Assembly (NCBI GenBank): GCA_964016885.1
Contig: OZ024747.1
Span: 74,090,001-74,154,000, forward strand
Source of the DNA: Eledone cirrhosa
Lineage: Eukaryota
Direction of reading: 5' to 3'
DNA: 64,000 bases
In this document: positions 61,270 through 64,000 of the stretch, in pieces
How the letters are laid out: every line of letters begins with the position of its first letter
Position numbering within the stretch: the first letter of the stretch is position 1
Notes under the pieces: model-generated
The model's database searches: none
Seen by the model: the letters and a program-made list of their open reading frames with translations, nothing else
Told to the model about the DNA's origin: nothing
Position numbers and translations under genes: made by a program

Positions 61270-62839
61270 TGGCTTCTGATTTAGGTAAAGGGCGAACGAT
61301 TTGGGGAGGAGGGTTGGGGAAAGGTGATTACATCGACCCCAGTGCGTTACTGGTACTTCATTTTAACAACACCATAAGGATGAAACGTAAAGCTTCCTAC
61401 CACAACATCGCAACTACCTGCCCCACCCTACACCACAACACGTTACAACTTCTCTTTATTTTCTGAACATTACTCAACATCATATCCCCCCCACACTGAT
61501 ACACACTACTACCAACTACGAAAGAAATATTAGTTCTTACATCTTGCTATACTAACATTAACATTAGTAACACTACCATCACTAAAATACTATACTGCCG
61601 CCTACACAACCACAACACATTCCTATAATACACACGTGACTAGATTGAGCTCTTAGCGTGCCCCGCGTATTTCAGGTCAGGTGAGCCCCTCATATAACAA
61701 CACGTGATGAGGGGAGACCAGGTTATTCACTGCCACCACACTCCACTAATTTCGGCGCTGAACATACAACATAGCCTATAACCTGTCTATCGTTCTACAC
61801 TAACACCGTTTACTAACATAGAGAGCCGTCACTACACGTTTGAACAAACATTTAGAAATACCAACTAAATTTAGCTCATAATTCCCAGTCCGCAGTAAAG
61901 AACTACCATTAAAGAAGACTCAACCATGACACACGACTTGCTAGAAATAGATGTTAAATCTCCATCTAGCAAACTTCTTATATAAGGGATGATACTCGAT
62001 AGATGCTAATTAAAATTTCGACGTTTACTTTCCTTCATTTTACTTAGAATTTTGGACGAACGAATAAAGGATAATAATAATAAATAACTGATAAGAGAAA
62101 TGTTTTCGTTGCCTTCATCTAAACTAATTCTTACCCACATGTCACATTGTCTTCTTGAACATAGGTGGACATCAAACAAGGAGCGGGGACTAACTGCTGA
62201 TATAATAATAATTGATTAAACTATTGATCGCATCCATAATGAATGGAAGATGGATTGACCCGTCTTTATGAATTGGGTTGAAAATTCGGAATTATATGAC
62301 AGACACTTTTACAGTACTGAAGGAGTTGAATTTTATGAATGAATTTTAGATTTTGAGATACTTTTGAAAAGTAAACACCAAATATTCCGAATCCTCAACC
62401 TGAAGAACGCCTGAGGTTTTGTATTCAATATGGAGATGAAAACGATTTCTTCTGTTGAAGAGAAGTTATTTAGTTAAAACTCACTATTACAAATTCAATT
62501 ATAACATGTGACCGACATTTCCGCAAGTTGAAATTGATTTATGATATTTGAGACCTTCAATAAGTCAAGGAAGACCTCCGGCCTTAGCCATACTCGGCAG
62601 GAAACTGAAAACTCCCATATATTATTTTTGCATGAAGTAAAGTACATTTTTAAAATGAAGTTGAATATTTTCATAAAACTACCTAAATATTTGTGCAAAC
62701 AACACATTTCTTTTAAAGAGAAGCACAGTATAGCATTTTAATATATATATATATATATGTGTGTATGTGTTAGGTAATTCCGAAGGAAAAGCAAAGAAAA
62801 AAAGAGTGCTCTATGTATAGAACAGAGCTATTTAATTAG

Positions 62840-63120
62840 AAAGTGAACAACACAAAATATAACTACTCCATTACCAAAGGTTTCTGGTTCCCTATTGCTA
62901 TATATTTTTATTTATTATTTTTCTTACCCTTGTTTTCTTATGTATATTTCCCGTTATTTTTCCAGCCGCACTTCCAAATTTTAACAGATTTTAAATCTCA
63001 TTTCACATTTTTTATCCATAACATCTCTGTCTGAGGACCGATCTAGACGTATATTATTATTGTCTGGGATCCAGAAACCTTTGGTAATGGAGTAGTTATA
63101 TTTTCTGTTGCTCACTTTTT
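62840..63120 (+). mobile_element. Fold-back element (family P5) ending in (TA)n
   Basis: 62840-62892 is an inverted copy of 63066-63119. Confidence 0.78.
63025..63092 (+). ncRNA. Type I hammerhead ribozyme
   Basis: CTCTGT-CTGAGGA-CCGATCTAGAC...GTCTGGGATCCA-GAAA-CCTTTGG-TA-ATGGAG. Stems I, II and III all pair; GUA cleavage site. Confidence 0.82.
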
Positions 63121-63190
<70 letters not shown>

Positions 63191-63393
63191 GTGAGGTTTT
63201 TTTTATAAAATGAAAAATAACCGAGATGTCCTACACGAGTGAAAGTATAAAGAAAAAGAGATGAAATCGAAAATGCAACTGGAGTCTTATTTTTTTTTTT
63301 TTAAATATATATATTTATTTGGTTCCTTTACCGGTTTCGCAGTTCTTCTGCTTTTCAAAAGGTGAGTTGAGATGGAGGGTCTGTGGTTTTTCT

Positions 63394-63427
<34 letters not shown>

Positions 63428-63617
63428 TATATTTTGATTATATTTTTCTTCCCAAACTACCAAACCACACATTTATTTGTATATGCGCTATACGTTATGT
63501 ACATGTTATATTTATCGCATATCGAAGTATTTTTATATCATGGTTGATATTTGATAATATATTATGTTAACCTTCATAGTAAAATGTTGGTCTTGTCATA
63601 ACTTTTTCTCCATATAT

Positions 63618-64000
63618 TTGCCAATGCCTAGTATGTGTATTGCCAGTTGGTAGTATGCCTATTGCCAATTGGTAGTATGTGTATTGCCAATTGCTAGTAT
63701 GTGTATTGCCAATTGCTGGTATGTGTATTGCCAATTGCTTTTATGTGTATTGCCAATTGGTAGTATGTGTATTGCCAATTGGTAGTATGTGTATTGCCAA
63801 TGGCTAGTATGTGTATTGCCAATTGGTAATATGTGTATTGCCAATTGTTAGTATGTTTATTGCCAATGGCTAGTATGTGTATTGCCAATTGGTAGTATGT
63901 GTATTGCCAATTGCTTGTATGCGTATTGCCAATTGGTAGTATGTGTATTGCCAATGGCTAGTATGTGTATTGCCAATTGGTAGTATGTGTATTGCCAATT
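63618..64000. repeat. 22-23-bp minisatellite (TAGTATGTGTATTGCCAATTGG), runs off the window
   Basis: About 17 units read directly. Confidence 0.95.

Overview
AT-rich, microsatellite-saturated animal genomic DNA with no recognisable host exon. The dominant tRNA-derived SINE resembles octopus SINEs, so an octopod cephalopod is inferred. The window is almost entirely retroelements. (1) A 3'-truncated Tx1/L1-clade LINE at 1-2555. (2) A ~24 kb nest (11.35-35.67 kb) of R4/Dong-type RT + restriction-like-endonuclease retrotransposons from three families, mostly joined by (AAT)n tracts, with antisense Tx1-like pieces. (3) A 5.7 kb non-coding array of a 472-bp unit in (TA)n (38,976-44,710). Every unit carries a complete type I hammerhead ribozyme (11 sense copies plus 1 inverted), and a diverged second locus at 52.5-53.1 kb shares the ribozyme, the inverted architecture and both termini. 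This looks like a retrozyme/circRNA-type element mobilised by Penelope-like machinery and is the best candidate for an undescribed system. (4) Several other short fold-back elements in or near (TA)n, three with complete hammerheads. All structures were read by eye; no folding or database search was run.
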